Below, one piece after another: positions 18,442 to 28,628 of a stretch of 64,000 nucleotides of DNA. The notes below the pieces were generated by a model. That model had not been told where the DNA came from and ran no database searches. It was given only the letters and a program-made list of their open reading frames with translations. This stretch comes from Capsulimonadaceae bacterium (GTDB lineage Bacteria > Armatimonadota > Armatimonadia > Armatimonadales > Capsulimonadaceae), in assembly GCA_965215505.1 (NCBI GenBank), contig OZ244065.1, positions 2,912,001 to 2,976,000 of the forward strand, written 5' to 3'. How positions within the stretch are numbered: the stretch's first letter is position 1; every line of letters begins with the position of its first letter. The translations under genes and the position numbers were made by a program.

Positions 18442-18467
18442 AGGGCGGGGACAAGCCCCGCCCCTAC
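18442..18467. repeat. GTAG-type REP-like hairpin
   Basis: AGGGCGGGGACAAGCCCCGCCCCTAC. Confidence 0.65.
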
Positions 18468-18485
18468 GCCACCGGGGATCATCTG

Positions 18486-19616
18486 ATGTCTGACCTCTCA
18501 CCCACTGCCCAAACTAGGCTCTCGTTTGAAGTCGCAGGCTTAGACGTTTCTGTGGGGCGTCGCGGCGAGTCCGCGATTGCCATGAATGACCACGGCCAGA
18601 TCGTCGGTGTCGCAGGGGAGCAGGCTTATCTCTGGGAGGCGGGCCGCATCCACTATTTAGAGGCTTTGCCTGGTACGCATTATCTGTCCCCACGCGCCAT
18701 CAATAATGCCGGTCAGATCGTTGGGGTCGCCTACCATCCGGACCTCGACGGTCGACGCGCGTTCCTTTGGGAGAAGGGCAAAACACACGACCTAGGAATG
18801 CCGCCGGACGAACTCTCCGAAGCATCGGACGTTAATGAGCGGGGGCAGGTCATCGGCAGGTCTTACCGGACGATTTTGAAGAACGAGGTGGAGAGGTGGA
18901 TAGACCTTTCCCACAATTTCCTCTGGAGCGAACGCGCCGGGTTCCAGAAGCTGGAAAAACCCGTGGATAATTTTGGTGACGGGCTATCCGCGATCAATGA
19001 CCGGGGCCAGATCACCGGCTCCTCCGGATTGCTGGGGATGGAGCAGAAGAAGGCAAAATTGGCTGCCCTTGCGCCCGACAAGAGGCCCTACGAGGGCAAC
19101 ATCCTCCCCGATGGAGCATTCATCTGGCAGGACGGAGTGACAACAAGCCTGGGTTTGGCGGAGGCGTGGAGCAGCAGTGGGACTGACATCAATAACCACG
19201 GTGAGATCATCGGGCGCATGTCGCTCTACCCTGACACGGACCATGTCGTCACATCCGGCGACATGGCGGAGATCAGGGACAGACTACGCCACTCGCACCA
19301 CTTCTTCCTGTGGAGGGATGGACAGGCCAATGATCTGGGCGAAACAGGCAATGACCATTCGGCGACGCGACCCGCGATCAACGATGCCGGCGATGCGATT
19401 TTCTCCTACATCGACCCTTCGCAGCCAAAAGCGGCCGACATGGGACGCCGCAGCATCCTTCACCAACACGGCGGGAGACACCGCTTGGAGAATTTCGCCG
19501 CCCACGATTCCGGCTGGCTTCTGTCCACAGCCGTTGACATCAACAACCGAGGCCAGATACTTGGGAACGGGTTCTACCAGGGGCGGGGGCGTGCATTCCT
19601 GCTCACGCCGAGCTGA
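18486..19616 (+). CDS. HAF-family extracellular repeat protein
   Basis: Repeated A(I/M)N(D/N)xGQI(V/I)G..AFLW..G..DLG. Confidence 0.85.
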   Translation: MSDLSPTAQTRLSFEVAGLDVSVGRRGESAIAMNDHGQIVGVAGEQAYLWEAGRIHYLEALPGTHYLSPRAINNAGQIVGVAYHPDLDGRRAFLWEKGKTHDLGMPPDELSEASDVNERGQVIGRSYRTILKNEVERWIDLSHNFLWSERAGFQKLEKPVDNFGDGLSAINDRGQITGSSGLLGMEQKKAKLAALAPDKRPYEGNILPDGAFIWQDGVTTSLGLAEAWSSSGTDINNHGEIIGRMSLYPDTDHVVTSGDMAEIRDRLRHSHHFFLWRDGQANDLGETGNDHSATRPAINDAGDAIFSYIDPSQPKAADMGRRSILHQHGGRHRLENFAAHDSGWLLSTAVDINNRGQILGNGFYQGRGRAFLLTPS

Positions 19617-19674
19617 CTCATGCCGGCACGAGCCGCGCCCGCCTGTCGGCGGGAGCCACTAAAAGAGAGACTTT

Positions 19675-20760
19675 ATGTTTTCTGGCTTGATGTTTTCTAG
19701 ACGGGAGGCGTTCCTCAGATACCCTCTATTTATGGCACTGCCCGCGCTGATCGGTGCTTCTCTGCTCATGTCACCTGGGCAGACGCGGGGGCAGGTGCCG
19801 CCTGCCCCTTCGCAGACGGATAAACAGGCGGACAAAGACGCCGCGCTGGTGGCGGCGGTGGGCTGGCACGGGGTCAGGCAGGCGGAAGTTCTCATCGGGC
19901 AGGGGGCGAACGTCAATGCCCACACCGCACAGGGCGTCCCGATGCTGGAGGTGGCGGCCGGCGGCATTTTCCCCGAAGACCCGGAGTTTTTCAGGATATT
20001 GCTGGACAAAGGGGCCGACGTGAACGCGATGGACTCCCAGGGCCGGACGGCTCTGATGGTCGCGTCGGCGCGCGGCGACCTGGCGGAGACGCGAGCCTTG
20101 CTCGCCGACGGGGCGCGGGTGAACGCCAGGACCCGATGGCGTTGGACGGCCGTCGGGGCCGCAGCCGCCAACGGGTGGCCGGCCTTGGTCGCGTTCCTGC
20201 TGGACCACGGGGCGCGCGCGGAGGACGTCCAGGCGGTGGCCCCGCCCCCCGCCTTCCGCAACATGCAGAATGGCCTCATCACCTCCGCGCAGGAGTTCTT
20301 GAAGGCGGGGGGCGACATCAACGTGCTGGGGGCGAGCGGAGACACGGTGCTGATCGGCTCCGTGCAGCAAGGGAAAGAAGCGATTGTGCGTTTCCTGGTC
20401 GCGCATGGGGCCGATGTGAACGCCAGGAACGCACGGGGCGAAACCGCGCTCCTCTGTGCGGCCTGCACGGGGTCGGTCGGGACGGCGCGGTTCCTGCTGG
20501 ACCACGGCGCGCGGCCCAATGATCAGGATGACCGGGGCCGGACGGCCCTCATAGACGCGGCGGCCATGCCGATGGCGGGTTCGGCCTTCTACATCTCCGA
20601 CCGAGACTGGCCCGACATCGTGCGGCTGCTCCTGGGGCGCGGCGCGAACACGGGCCTCAAGGACAGTGCGGGCCGGACGGCTCTCGCCTATGCCGGGACT
20701 GATGCGGGGGATTACCGCAGGACGCAGATCGTCGCGGCACTGAAGAGAACGGCCCATTAG
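19675..20760 (+). CDS. Secreted ankyrin-repeat protein
   Basis: Multiple GADVN..GxTALxxA ankyrin repeats; N-terminal SRREAFL plus hydrophobic signal (start uncertain). Confidence 0.88.
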   Translation: MFSGLMFSRREAFLRYPLFMALPALIGASLLMSPGQTRGQVPPAPSQTDKQADKDAALVAAVGWHGVRQAEVLIGQGANVNAHTAQGVPMLEVAAGGIFPEDPEFFRILLDKGADVNAMDSQGRTALMVASARGDLAETRALLADGARVNARTRWRWTAVGAAAANGWPALVAFLLDHGARAEDVQAVAPPPAFRNMQNGLITSAQEFLKAGGDINVLGASGDTVLIGSVQQGKEAIVRFLVAHGADVNARNARGETALLCAACTGSVGTARFLLDHGARPNDQDDRGRTALIDAAAMPMAGSAFYISDRDWPDIVRLLLGRGANTGLKDSAGRTALAYAGTDAGDYRRTQIVAALKRTAH

Positions 20761-20887
20761 TAGAGGAGATGCCCTGCTCCAAGAGAATCATCCGCTGGCG
20801 CAAGGACAACAGCGGCTGTTGCGGATTCTTGTTGATCAGCAGAGAACAGACTTCCAGCATCCCAGGGCGCAGAGGAAAGGCTGTGAC

Positions 20888-22543
20888 ATGTCACCGAAAA
20901 ACATCATCCTGATTGCCTCAGCCCTGCTGCTGACGGCCGTGGCACCACGCGTGGCCCCAGCCCAGACCGCCCCGGCGGGGTGGCAGTCGGCGGCGGTCGG
21001 CGACCGGTCCGTTTTTACGCCCCCGGACCTCGGCCCGTCCGAGTTCTACCAGATCACCGTGTACCCGCCTGCCGCGCTGGCCGGAGCGTCCCTCACCGAC
21101 TTCGTGAACGAGGCCGCCGGGCGCGAGGCCGCCGCCCTGGGCAAAGAGGCCGCCGCCCCGATCATCGCCAAAGCCAACAGCGCCAAGGCCGCCACCACAA
21201 CGCACACCTTCACGACGCCGCAGGGGCAGACGCGGGCCGCCGTCTTCACCGCCCTGTCTCTGGACGGGGAGAACGCCCGCGTCATTGAAATCGTGTTCTC
21301 AAACCTCGCTGTCCTCCGCCGCTACCAGCCGCAGCAGATGGCGGTGATCGCCGGCGTGCTGCGGCAGGAGAAGACCACCATGCCCCGGCGCGGGACGACA
21401 CCGGGCATGACGCCCGGCGGCCAGGTCGTGCCGGGCATTTACGCCGGGAACGCCGTCTACAGCGACACCGGCAAGATCGCCCGGCAGCGCCGGCTGTACC
21501 TGTTCCCCTCGGGCGAGTTCCAGATGTGCGACGCCGCAGGCAAGGAGGTCGAGTACGGGGCCGACACCTGTCGCTACGACCCGGTCACCGGCAAGATGGA
21601 CATCGGCACCATGTCCCTGAGCCTCTACAACAGCAGCCTCGGCCCGGACGATGCCTATTGCCTCTACGGGCGCGACCTGGATGGCAAGCCCTGTATCCGC
21701 GCCAGAGACAATCGCGGGTTCGAGTATCTGGTGACGACCCTGCGCTACGTCGGCCCGCCCGACCGGCCCCCGCCCCGTCAGCAGAAAGAAGCCAAAGCCG
21801 CCGCCGAGGCGGAGGCGGCCCGCTACAAGTTCGTGACGCCGCCCGGCAAGGGGGTCCAGGCGGCGCAGATCGCCGGCATCTTCCATGATTACAAGTTCCG
21901 GTACAACCTCGCCGCCACCGACGAGTCGTACCTGCTGCTCAAAGACGGCACGGTCCACGACGGCCTGCCCGTCCCATCGGACGAGCTGGACATGCCCCTG
22001 TCGCGCAGCCGCGAGCCGGAGAAGTGGGGGCACTGGCGGCGGCAGGGGGCTAAAATCCTCGTGTCGTGGCCGGACCAGCCCAACCACTTTACGGCGCTTG
22101 AGGGCGAGATGGCGTCCCCGGCCACGGCGGGCGAGCGGATGTCGGGGCGCTTCGGGACGGGCGAAACCAGCGGGTCAATGGTCACGGGCGGCTCCTATCG
22201 GCTGTGGGGCGTGACGTTCACTCCCGAAGGCCGCTTCCTGAAAGATAGTAGCGGCGGCGCGAGCGGCGGCAGCTTGGGGGCGACCACGAACGGCTTCAGC
22301 GCGGACACGGTGTACGACGATCAAGGTTCCGCCACGATCATCAGTGCGCCCGCCGTCGGCGGCGGGGTCACGCGCAAAAAGCCGTGGGGGCACCGGGGCG
22401 GAACCTACTCAGTGAGCGGTTACACCCTGACCCTGCACTATGATGACGGGCGGGTCGCCCGCCTGCCCTTCTTCTCCGCCTCGCCCAAGCACGACCAGAT
22501 CTATTTTGACGGGGCGACGCTGGGCCTGGATGCCGGGAAGTAG
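20888..22543 (+). CDS. Secreted hypothetical protein
   Basis: AGGAAAGG RBS, ATG 20888, signal peptide ending APA-Q, host-like codon usage. Confidence 0.75.
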   Translation: MSPKNIILIASALLLTAVAPRVAPAQTAPAGWQSAAVGDRSVFTPPDLGPSEFYQITVYPPAALAGASLTDFVNEAAGREAAALGKEAAAPIIAKANSAKAATTTHTFTTPQGQTRAAVFTALSLDGENARVIEIVFSNLAVLRRYQPQQMAVIAGVLRQEKTTMPRRGTTPGMTPGGQVVPGIYAGNAVYSDTGKIARQRRLYLFPSGEFQMCDAAGKEVEYGADTCRYDPVTGKMDIGTMSLSLYNSSLGPDDAYCLYGRDLDGKPCIRARDNRGFEYLVTTLRYVGPPDRPPPRQQKEAKAAAEAEAARYKFVTPPGKGVQAAQIAGIFHDYKFRYNLAATDESYLLLKDGTVHDGLPVPSDELDMPLSRSREPEKWGHWRRQGAKILVSWPDQPNHFTALEGEMASPATAGERMSGRFGTGETSGSMVTGGSYRLWGVTFTPEGRFLKDSSGGASGGSLGATTNGFSADTVYDDQGSATIISAPAVGGGVTRKKPWGHRGGTYSVSGYTLTLHYDDGRVARLPFFSASPKHDQIYFDGATLGLDAGK

Positions 22544-22913
22544 TCTTTCATGGCTGTAAAAGAGCGGCAGTAACCTATAAGAAAAGGCTGTGACCGCGCG
22601 ACTGCTGATTGGGGTCTCTTTCTGAGTTCCCCCCTGCTCACCGGATGCGGCGGGGGCACCTCTATCAAAGAAACAGGCGAAGGCCGTGATCGAGACGGCG
22701 GCCTTCTTCGGATCAACACAGCCCTGAGCGCTCTAGACGCCGCGTTCCGGAAAAGCGGCCCGAGCATCCAGTTCAACGCCGCCGCGACTGGCGATACGGA
22801 GGGGACTGCGGACGGGCCGAACGGCATTAATATCATCCTCACCAGCATCAAACTGCTTTGAGCGATCCGGCGGCATAAAAATATATTTTGCCTGCCCGTA
22901 GGAATGCGAGTAT

Positions 22914-22929
22914 TGGCATGATTATTGCT
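22914..22929 (+). promoter_or_regulatory. Sigma-54 promoter upstream of the flp/tad cluster
   Basis: TGGCATG-ATTA-TTGCT. Confidence 0.65.
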
Positions 22930-23003
22930 GTATAATGACTCGACAGCCAGAGCGGGACGCCCGCGACGGAAGGTAGCCTGACGGACTAGGATGCGCCACA
23001 CTC

Positions 23004-23219
23004 ATGGAAGAAACAACGACACTCGCCCCCGTACTCTCTTCTCTGCATTCCGCCCTTGCCCGACTCTGCCGCGCCTTCTGGCGGGAAGAGGACGGCGCAA
23101 CGCTCGTTGAGTATGTCCTCCTCATCGCTCTCATCGCCGCCGTCTGCGTGGGTGCCATCACCCTGCTCGGCACCAACGCCAATGCCAAGTTCGGCGCGGC
23201 CTCCGACATGCTCAAGTAG
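23004..23219 (+). CDS. flp: Flp family type IVb pilin
   Basis: FWREEDG/ATLVEYVLLIALIA Flp motif. Confidence 0.93.
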   Translation: MEETTTLAPVLSSLHSALARLCRAFWREEDGATLVEYVLLIALIAAVCVGAITLLGTNANAKFGAASDMLK

Positions 23220-23308
23220 CCCCCTTCAGGTAGTCCACCGCATCGTTCACCGCAAGTCTTCACACGGACGCGCCGGCCACGGAGGGCCGGTGTGGATCGG
23301 AACTAAGG

Positions 23309-23536
23309 ATGGAAACAGTCATGTTCACCGCTCTCGCCACCACATTTCACGCCTCCACACTCGGTCCCACGCTCCGCGCCGCCGTCCGCCGCTTCCTGCA
23401 TGACGAGGAGGGCGCGACTCTCGTCGAGTACGTCCTGCTGGTCGCGCTCATCGGGGCCGTTTGCGTCGCCGCCGTGACGCTGCTCGGCACGAACGCGAAC
23501 ACCAAACTGACGAACGCCGCCAACACCATTAAGTGA
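23309..23536 (+). CDS. flp: Flp family type IVb pilin (second copy)
   Basis: FLHDEEG/ATLVEYVLLVALI. Confidence 0.93.
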   Translation: METVMFTALATTFHASTLGPTLRAAVRRFLHDEEGATLVEYVLLVALIGAVCVAAVTLLGTNANTKLTNAANTIK

Positions 23537-23540
23537 CACC

Positions 23541-24053
23541 TTGATGATGCTGGCATTGGCGGTCCTGCTGACCCTCGCGGCCGTCTGCGACATCCGTTCC
23601 CACCGGATTCCCAATCCGCTGGTCCTCGCGGGCCTGGCCGTGGGACTGGCTTGGCACGGGTGGCACGGCGGCTGGCTGGGCCTGCTCCTGTCTTTGGAGG
23701 GCATGGGCGTCGCCGCGCCGGCCCTGCTGCCCTATGCCCTGGGGGGCCTGGGGGCCGGGGACGTCAAGCTGCTCGGCGCGGTCGGCGCGCTGATGGGGCC
23801 TGTCTTCCTGCTCTGGACACTGCCCGGCACTGTCCTGGCGGGCGGCCTGCTCGCCCTGGCCTGGGCCGCCCGGCGCGGCGTCCTACGGGAGACGGTCCAT
23901 AACACCCTGCTCGGCCTGCACCTGCTCGGGGCGGGGGCAGGCCTGGGCGCGCTCGCGTCCGCCTCACGGGCCGGCAAGATGCCGCTCGCCCCGGCCATCG
24001 CGCTGGGCGCGGTTTTTGCTTTCTTCCGGCTGCATGGGAGACTCCTGCCATGA
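23541..24053 (+). CDS. cpaA: A24 prepilin peptidase (CpaA/TadV)
   Basis: CDIRSHRIPN, GAGDVKL, MPLAPAI. Confidence 0.9.
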   Translation: MMMLALAVLLTLAAVCDIRSHRIPNPLVLAGLAVGLAWHGWHGGWLGLLLSLEGMGVAAPALLPYALGGLGAGDVKLLGAVGALMGPVFLLWTLPGTVLAGGLLALAWAARRGVLRETVHNTLLGLHLLGAGAGLGALASASRAGKMPLAPAIALGAVFAFFRLHGRLLP

Positions 24054-24475
24054 ACCGGCGACAACGGCGCGGGGCCGCGCTGGTCGAGTTCGCCCTGGTC
24101 AGCGGCCTGCTCTGCCTGTTACTGTTCGGGATCATCGAGGTGGGCCTACTGTTCGGCGATCAGGCGCTGGTCGGCGCGGCGGCGCGCGAGGCCGTCCGCT
24201 CCGCCGCCGTGGGTACTTCGACGGCGACGGCCCAGGCGCGGGGAGTGAGCGGCGGGGCGGGCCTCCCCCTATCTGCGGCTAACATCGTGCTGGAGGATAG
24301 TACGGACGGCGGCTTGACGTGGGGCGCTTTGGGCGGCACTGCCGCCGGCAATAGTGCCCCGTCCAACAGCCTCCTCCGCGCGACCGTGACGTACAGCCAC
24401 CCACTGGTCACGTCTCTGGTCTTCACCGGCAGCACCAAGACGCTGACGGCAAAACTGGTGATGCGTCGTGAATAG
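24050..24475 (+). CDS. tadE: TadE-like pseudopilin
   Basis: RRG/AALVEFALV..GIIEVG..AAREAVR. Confidence 0.9.
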   Translation: MNRRQRRGAALVEFALVSGLLCLLLFGIIEVGLLFGDQALVGAAAREAVRSAAVGTSTATAQARGVSGGAGLPLSAANIVLEDSTDGGLTWGALGGTAAGNSAPSNSLLRATVTYSHPLVTSLVFTGSTKTLTAKLVMRRE

Positions 24476-25568
24476 AGACTCACGAGAACGGCGAACAGGC
24501 GCGGCGCTCCCGCTGGTCGTCTTCATGCTGACCGCCCTGATGGGCGTCGCCGCGTTGGCGCTCGACATCGGCCTGATGGGGCTGGCCCGGCAGCGGGCGC
24601 AGAACGTCGCCGACGCCGCCGCGCTGGCCGGAGCGCAAAACCCCGGTACGGAGACGGCCGCAGTTGCGTCCGTCAGTGCCGTCAACAACGCCAATGGGTC
24701 AGCCTTCCAGGGCGGCGTGACGACCGTGAACGGCGACGGCTCGGTGACGGTGCGCGGCTACATCAACGCGCCGCTCTCCTTCGCCCCCGCCGTCGGCTAC
24801 GCGCCGACCTCGACGGACGGGACGGCCAACACGCTCTCGGTCTCGGCGACGGCGACGGCCGCCATGCAGAACGTGTGCGGCCTGCCGAAAGGGATGCCGA
24901 TCGCGCCCTTCGGCCTCATCGGCGATGATCCGTCCAATACGGACCCGGCGATCGCGTATGTCGCCGCGCTGCTGAGTGGCAAGAAGACGCTGACGCCGGG
25001 CGCGTACCAGCCCGCGAGCGGCCAGGTCGTCCTGAGCCTCAACGTCTGGGACAACACGGGCAAGCTGGCCTCACCAGGCAGCTTTGACCCACTTCTGACC
25101 AGCGGCGGCAGCGCGACCTACTTCGACACGATTTCGCAGACGTCCGACCAGACGCTTTCGGCAGGCCAGACGCTTCCGACCCCACCGCTGGGCTATGACA
25201 ACGTCGGCTTCACACGGCAGTACCTCGCGGCCCGGCTCTCGGGGAGCAATGTGATCTATAGCCATAGGTACGCGGCGTATGACCCCTGGTTTACCGGCGG
25301 CAACCTGATGTTCCCGAATACACCGAGCGATGCCCTTCCTGAAGACCATCTGCTGATCGTCCCGGTCTTCAGCCAGGCCGTCAAAAACAAGCAGGGGAAC
25401 GTGACCATCATCGCGTTTGCCCTCTTCTTCGTGGACCAGCCCTACCCTGTGGGCCTGCCGGGCAACGGGATCGCCCTCGGGCGGTTCATCGGCCTTTCCG
25501 TCCCCGGCGGGGCGGGCGGGTCCTGCGCGGGCGCGGGCGGTAAGACGCCGCCGGCCTTGATCCAATGA
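24468..25568 (+). CDS. tadG: TadG-like pilus assembly protein
   Basis: G/AALPLVV..LALDIG..AQNVADAAALAGA. Confidence 0.85.
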   Translation: MNRDSRERRTGAALPLVVFMLTALMGVAALALDIGLMGLARQRAQNVADAAALAGAQNPGTETAAVASVSAVNNANGSAFQGGVTTVNGDGSVTVRGYINAPLSFAPAVGYAPTSTDGTANTLSVSATATAAMQNVCGLPKGMPIAPFGLIGDDPSNTDPAIAYVAALLSGKKTLTPGAYQPASGQVVLSLNVWDNTGKLASPGSFDPLLTSGGSATYFDTISQTSDQTLSAGQTLPTPPLGYDNVGFTRQYLAARLSGSNVIYSHRYAAYDPWFTGGNLMFPNTPSDALPEDHLLIVPVFSQAVKNKQGNVTIIAFALFFVDQPYPVGLPGNGIALGRFIGLSVPGGAGGSCAGAGGKTPPALIQ

Positions 25569-25578
25569 AAGGGGCCGT

Positions 25579-25728
25579 GCCACGGGGCTGAACCCCCATG
25601 CTTCGGGAGTGCAAGCCCCCGCCTGCGCGGGCGAAGACAAAAGGGCGCGGCGAGCAGCGCCCCTACCCATCCTATGCCCTCAACCCTCGGGGAGTTGCTT
25701 TACCGAAGCCCAGGGGTTTAGCCCTGGG
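25579..25728. repeat. Composite REPIN-like element inside the tad operon
   Basis: Outer inverted arms GCCACGGGGCTGAACCCCCATGCTTCGG / CCGAAGCCCAGGGGTTTAGCCCTGGG enclosing a REP at 25642-25666. Confidence 0.6.
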
Positions 25729-25778
25729 TCCTACCCGCCGGGGGCGGACCACTGAGTCCTTTCCATCGTGAGGCAGCC

Positions 25779-26759
25779 ATGCACGTCGTCCCACAACTGA
25801 AGCCGCAGGTGCCGAAAATGCAGGTGCCGAAAATGCAGGTGCCGAAGGTGCGCGGGCCGCGCGGGGGCGGGCTACTGGGCGCGCGGGGCGGGACGGTGAG
25901 CCTCGCACTCGCCGCCGGGCTGGCCGCCGCCCTGCTGGCTTTCCTTCTGGTGCGCGGGCGGCCGTCCGCTTCGCCGGTCGCCCCAACCCGTGTGCCGGTC
26001 GTGGTCGCCGCCCGCGACATCCCCGCCCGCACCCGGCTTTCCGCCGCCTGGATGCGCGTCCGGCTGGCCGCGCCCGCTGACCTGCCGGATGGGGCTGGGG
26101 CGACTGTCTCTGCGTTTGCCGGCAAGGTCACGACGGAGCCGGTCGCGGCGGGTTCGGCCATCACGCGCCAGACCGTCACCGCCCCGAGTGCCGCACTGGG
26201 CATGGCCTTCGCCTTGACGCCCCCACTACGCGCCATGACCGTGACACTCGACCCCAGCGACGGAGCCGACCAGTTCGTCCGCCCCGGCGACCATGTGGAC
26301 ATCCTCGCGACCGACGAGCCGGGGAGCGGCCCCGCCGAGGCGCGGACGGTGCTGCAAAACGTCCGCCTCCTGGCCGTGGGCGCGCAGACGGCCCCCGACG
26401 CCGCGCCGCCTCCGCCGACGAGTGGGCCGGCCCGCGTGACCGTCGCCGTCTCGCCCGCCCAGGCGCAGGCCCTGGTGCTGGCCGCCGCGCGCGGCAAGAT
26501 TCACCTGACGCTACGAGCGGCGGACGACGAGGCGGTCGCGGCCCTGCCCGTCTTCCCAGCCATGCCGACCGTGCGAGAGGCGTCCCGGCCCGCGCGGCGG
26601 GCAGCGACGCGCCGCCCGCCGGTGCCCGCGCACGCCCCCGAGGAGGAGGCGCTGCCCCTGCCGCCGCTGCCGGTCCGGCTCGCGCCCCTGCCGCCCGCCC
26701 GCGTCTCGGTGACGATCATCAAGGGCGGTCAGAGTCAGACGGTTTCGGTGGAGCCGTAG
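25779..26759 (+). CDS. cpaB: Flp pilus assembly protein CpaB/RcpC
   Basis: SAF domain VVVAARDIPA, LRAMTV..FVRPGDHVDIL, VLQNVRLLAVG; start uncertain because of the QVPKM repeats. Confidence 0.9.
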   Translation: MHVVPQLKPQVPKMQVPKMQVPKVRGPRGGGLLGARGGTVSLALAAGLAAALLAFLLVRGRPSASPVAPTRVPVVVAARDIPARTRLSAAWMRVRLAAPADLPDGAGATVSAFAGKVTTEPVAAGSAITRQTVTAPSAALGMAFALTPPLRAMTVTLDPSDGADQFVRPGDHVDILATDEPGSGPAEARTVLQNVRLLAVGAQTAPDAAPPPPTSGPARVTVAVSPAQAQALVLAAARGKIHLTLRAADDEAVAALPVFPAMPTVREASRPARRAATRRPPVPAHAPEEEALPLPPLPVRLAPLPPARVSVTIIKGGQSQTVSVEP

Positions 26760-26804
26760 TCTTGACGGGCCGGGGATAGTCCTAACGGGCCGGGGATAAG
26801 AACG

Positions 26805-28628
26805 ATGCCGAACACGCGAACAGCCTGCGCCTTCCTGACCCTCCTCCTGCTGCCGCTGGCGGCGGGGCGCGCGCAGAACCGTCCGCACCCACCCGACGCC
26901 AAGACGCTCATCAAGACCCTCGCGGTCGGCGAGTCAGACGTCTACGAGTTCGACCACATGACGGCGGCGGCCGTCGGCAGCCCGACGGTGGCGGACATCG
27001 TGCCGCTCTCGTCGCGCCGCCTGCTGGTCAACGCGAAGAGCGCCGGGGAAACCACGCTGTTTGTGTATGACCGCCGGGGCAAGCATACCTTCCGGCTGGC
27101 CGTGGCCCTGCCCGCCCCCGACCTCGGCCCCGTGGCCGCGCGGGTCCAGGCGGAGATCGGCCTGCCGGGTGTCACGGTCCGCGCCGTCAGGGACACCCTG
27201 TTTCTGGAGGGGGGAGTGTCGAGCGTCGTGGCCTTGCAACGCGCCTCGGCCATCGCCGGGGTGTACACGGCCCGGACCAGGAACCTGCTCACCATCCTCC
27301 CGCCGGCCGAGAGCGCCCCCGCCCTCACGCTGGCCCAGACCTACGCGGCCCTGCTGACGGACAGCCTCGCCGGGACGGGCGTTAAAGTGCAGGTCGTGGA
27401 CGACAAGACCATCGCGCTGACGGGCCAGTACGCCTCCCACATCGCCGCGCCTTCTTCGTCTTCCGGGGCGTCCCCCGCCCGTGCCCGAAAGACCATCAAG
27501 CCTAAACGGGCGCGTCAGGGCGCGGACGGGGCGGAGGCGGCCCCTGACGAGAGCGCGCCGGTGATCGACCTGAAGGAAGCGGCCCCAAGACGGCCGGCGG
27601 ACGGCACGCCGCGCGACCCGCTGGACCGCCTGATCGAGTCGCTGCCGCCGGAGCTGAAGGTCGTGGACCTGGTGAACCTGGGCAGCCGCCCGACGCGGCA
27701 GATTCTTGTTCATGCGAAGATCATCGACATCAACCGGAACGCCTCCAAGAGCCTCGGCGTCAGTTGGGGGACGATCTCCTCCAGCGCCTCGCGCGGCGGG
27801 GATATCTACGCCCTCGCACCGCAGCCGATCCTGTTCGGGCAGATCTCCGGCCAGCAGGCGGGCGCGAACGGCGGCGGGTTCCTCTCGGGCGGCCCGGTCA
27901 CGCGGGTCTACCCCCTGGCCGCCCAGCTCGACGCGCTCGTCGGGGAGAACAAGGCGCGTGTCCTTTCTGAACCCAGCCTTATGGTACTCGACGGCAGCGA
28001 GGGCAGCATCCTGGTCGGCGGCGAGATCCCCGTCCCGGTCGCACAGTCCAGCAGCGGCACGAACGGCAGCAGCGCCTCGGTTTCCATCGAGTACAAGCAG
28101 TACGGGGTCCGGCTCTCGGTCGGTGCGGCAATCGTCGGCGACGGCGTGGTCGAGCTGACGGTGACGCCCGAGGTCAGCGACCTGAACTACGCGGCCACGG
28201 TCCAGATCGGGGGCAACGTCATCCCGTCCCTGACGGTCCGGCGCGCGACCTCGACGCTGCAAATGGCGGACGGCGAGACACTGGTGATCGGCGGGCTGTA
28301 CAGCAGCACCACATCGCGCGAGGTAGAGCGCATCCCCCTCCTGAGCCAGATCCCCGTGCTGGGCGAGTTCTTCAAGCACACCGTCACGCGCAAAGCCGAG
28401 GACGAGCTGCTGATCCTGATCCAGCCGGAGATCGTCACGCCCCGGACGGCGGGCGCGCACCCGCCCGCGCCGGGCAGCCTGGAGAACCTGCCCATCGCGC
28501 GGCCCGATGTCCGGCGCAATGAATTCGACAAGGACTTCCCCGAGCTACAGCACGGCGGCGGGGACCACGAAGCACCCGGCCCGGCGGTGAACCTGCCGCC
28601 TCTACCCGTGCCAGTGGAGCCGAAATGA
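26805..28628 (+). CDS. cpaC: Pilus secretin CpaC/RcpA
   Basis: T2SS-T3SS pil_N domain, BON-like region, secretin motifs VLSEP..GGEIPVP..IPLLSQIPVLGEFF. Confidence 0.92.
   Translation: MPNTRTACAFLTLLLLPLAAGRAQNRPHPPDAKTLIKTLAVGESDVYEFDHMTAAAVGSPTVADIVPLSSRRLLVNAKSAGETTLFVYDRRGKHTFRLAVALPAPDLGPVAARVQAEIGLPGVTVRAVRDTLFLEGGVSSVVALQRASAIAGVYTARTRNLLTILPPAESAPALTLAQTYAALLTDSLAGTGVKVQVVDDKTIALTGQYASHIAAPSSSSGASPARARKTIKPKRARQGADGAEAAPDESAPVIDLKEAAPRRPADGTPRDPLDRLIESLPPELKVVDLVNLGSRPTRQILVHAKIIDINRNASKSLGVSWGTISSSASRGGDIYALAPQPILFGQISGQQAGANGGGFLSGGPVTRVYPLAAQLDALVGENKARVLSEPSLMVLDGSEGSILVGGEIPVPVAQSSSGTNGSSASVSIEYKQYGVRLSVGAAIVGDGVVELTVTPEVSDLNYAATVQIGGNVIPSLTVRRATSTLQMADGETLVIGGLYSSTTSREVERIPLLSQIPVLGEFFKHTVTRKAEDELLILIQPEIVTPRTAGAHPPAPGSLENLPIARPDVRRNEFDKDFPELQHGGGDHEAPGPAVNLPPLPVPVEPK

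Noticed and set aside
22590-22861. Lipoprotein gene (LLTGCGGG)
   Set aside because: No in-frame start; it would need a frameshift. At most a degraded remnant
22937-23003. c-di-GMP riboswitch in the flp leader
   Set aside because: GACAGCC and GGGACGC words are present, but not in the order or structure of class I or II aptamers
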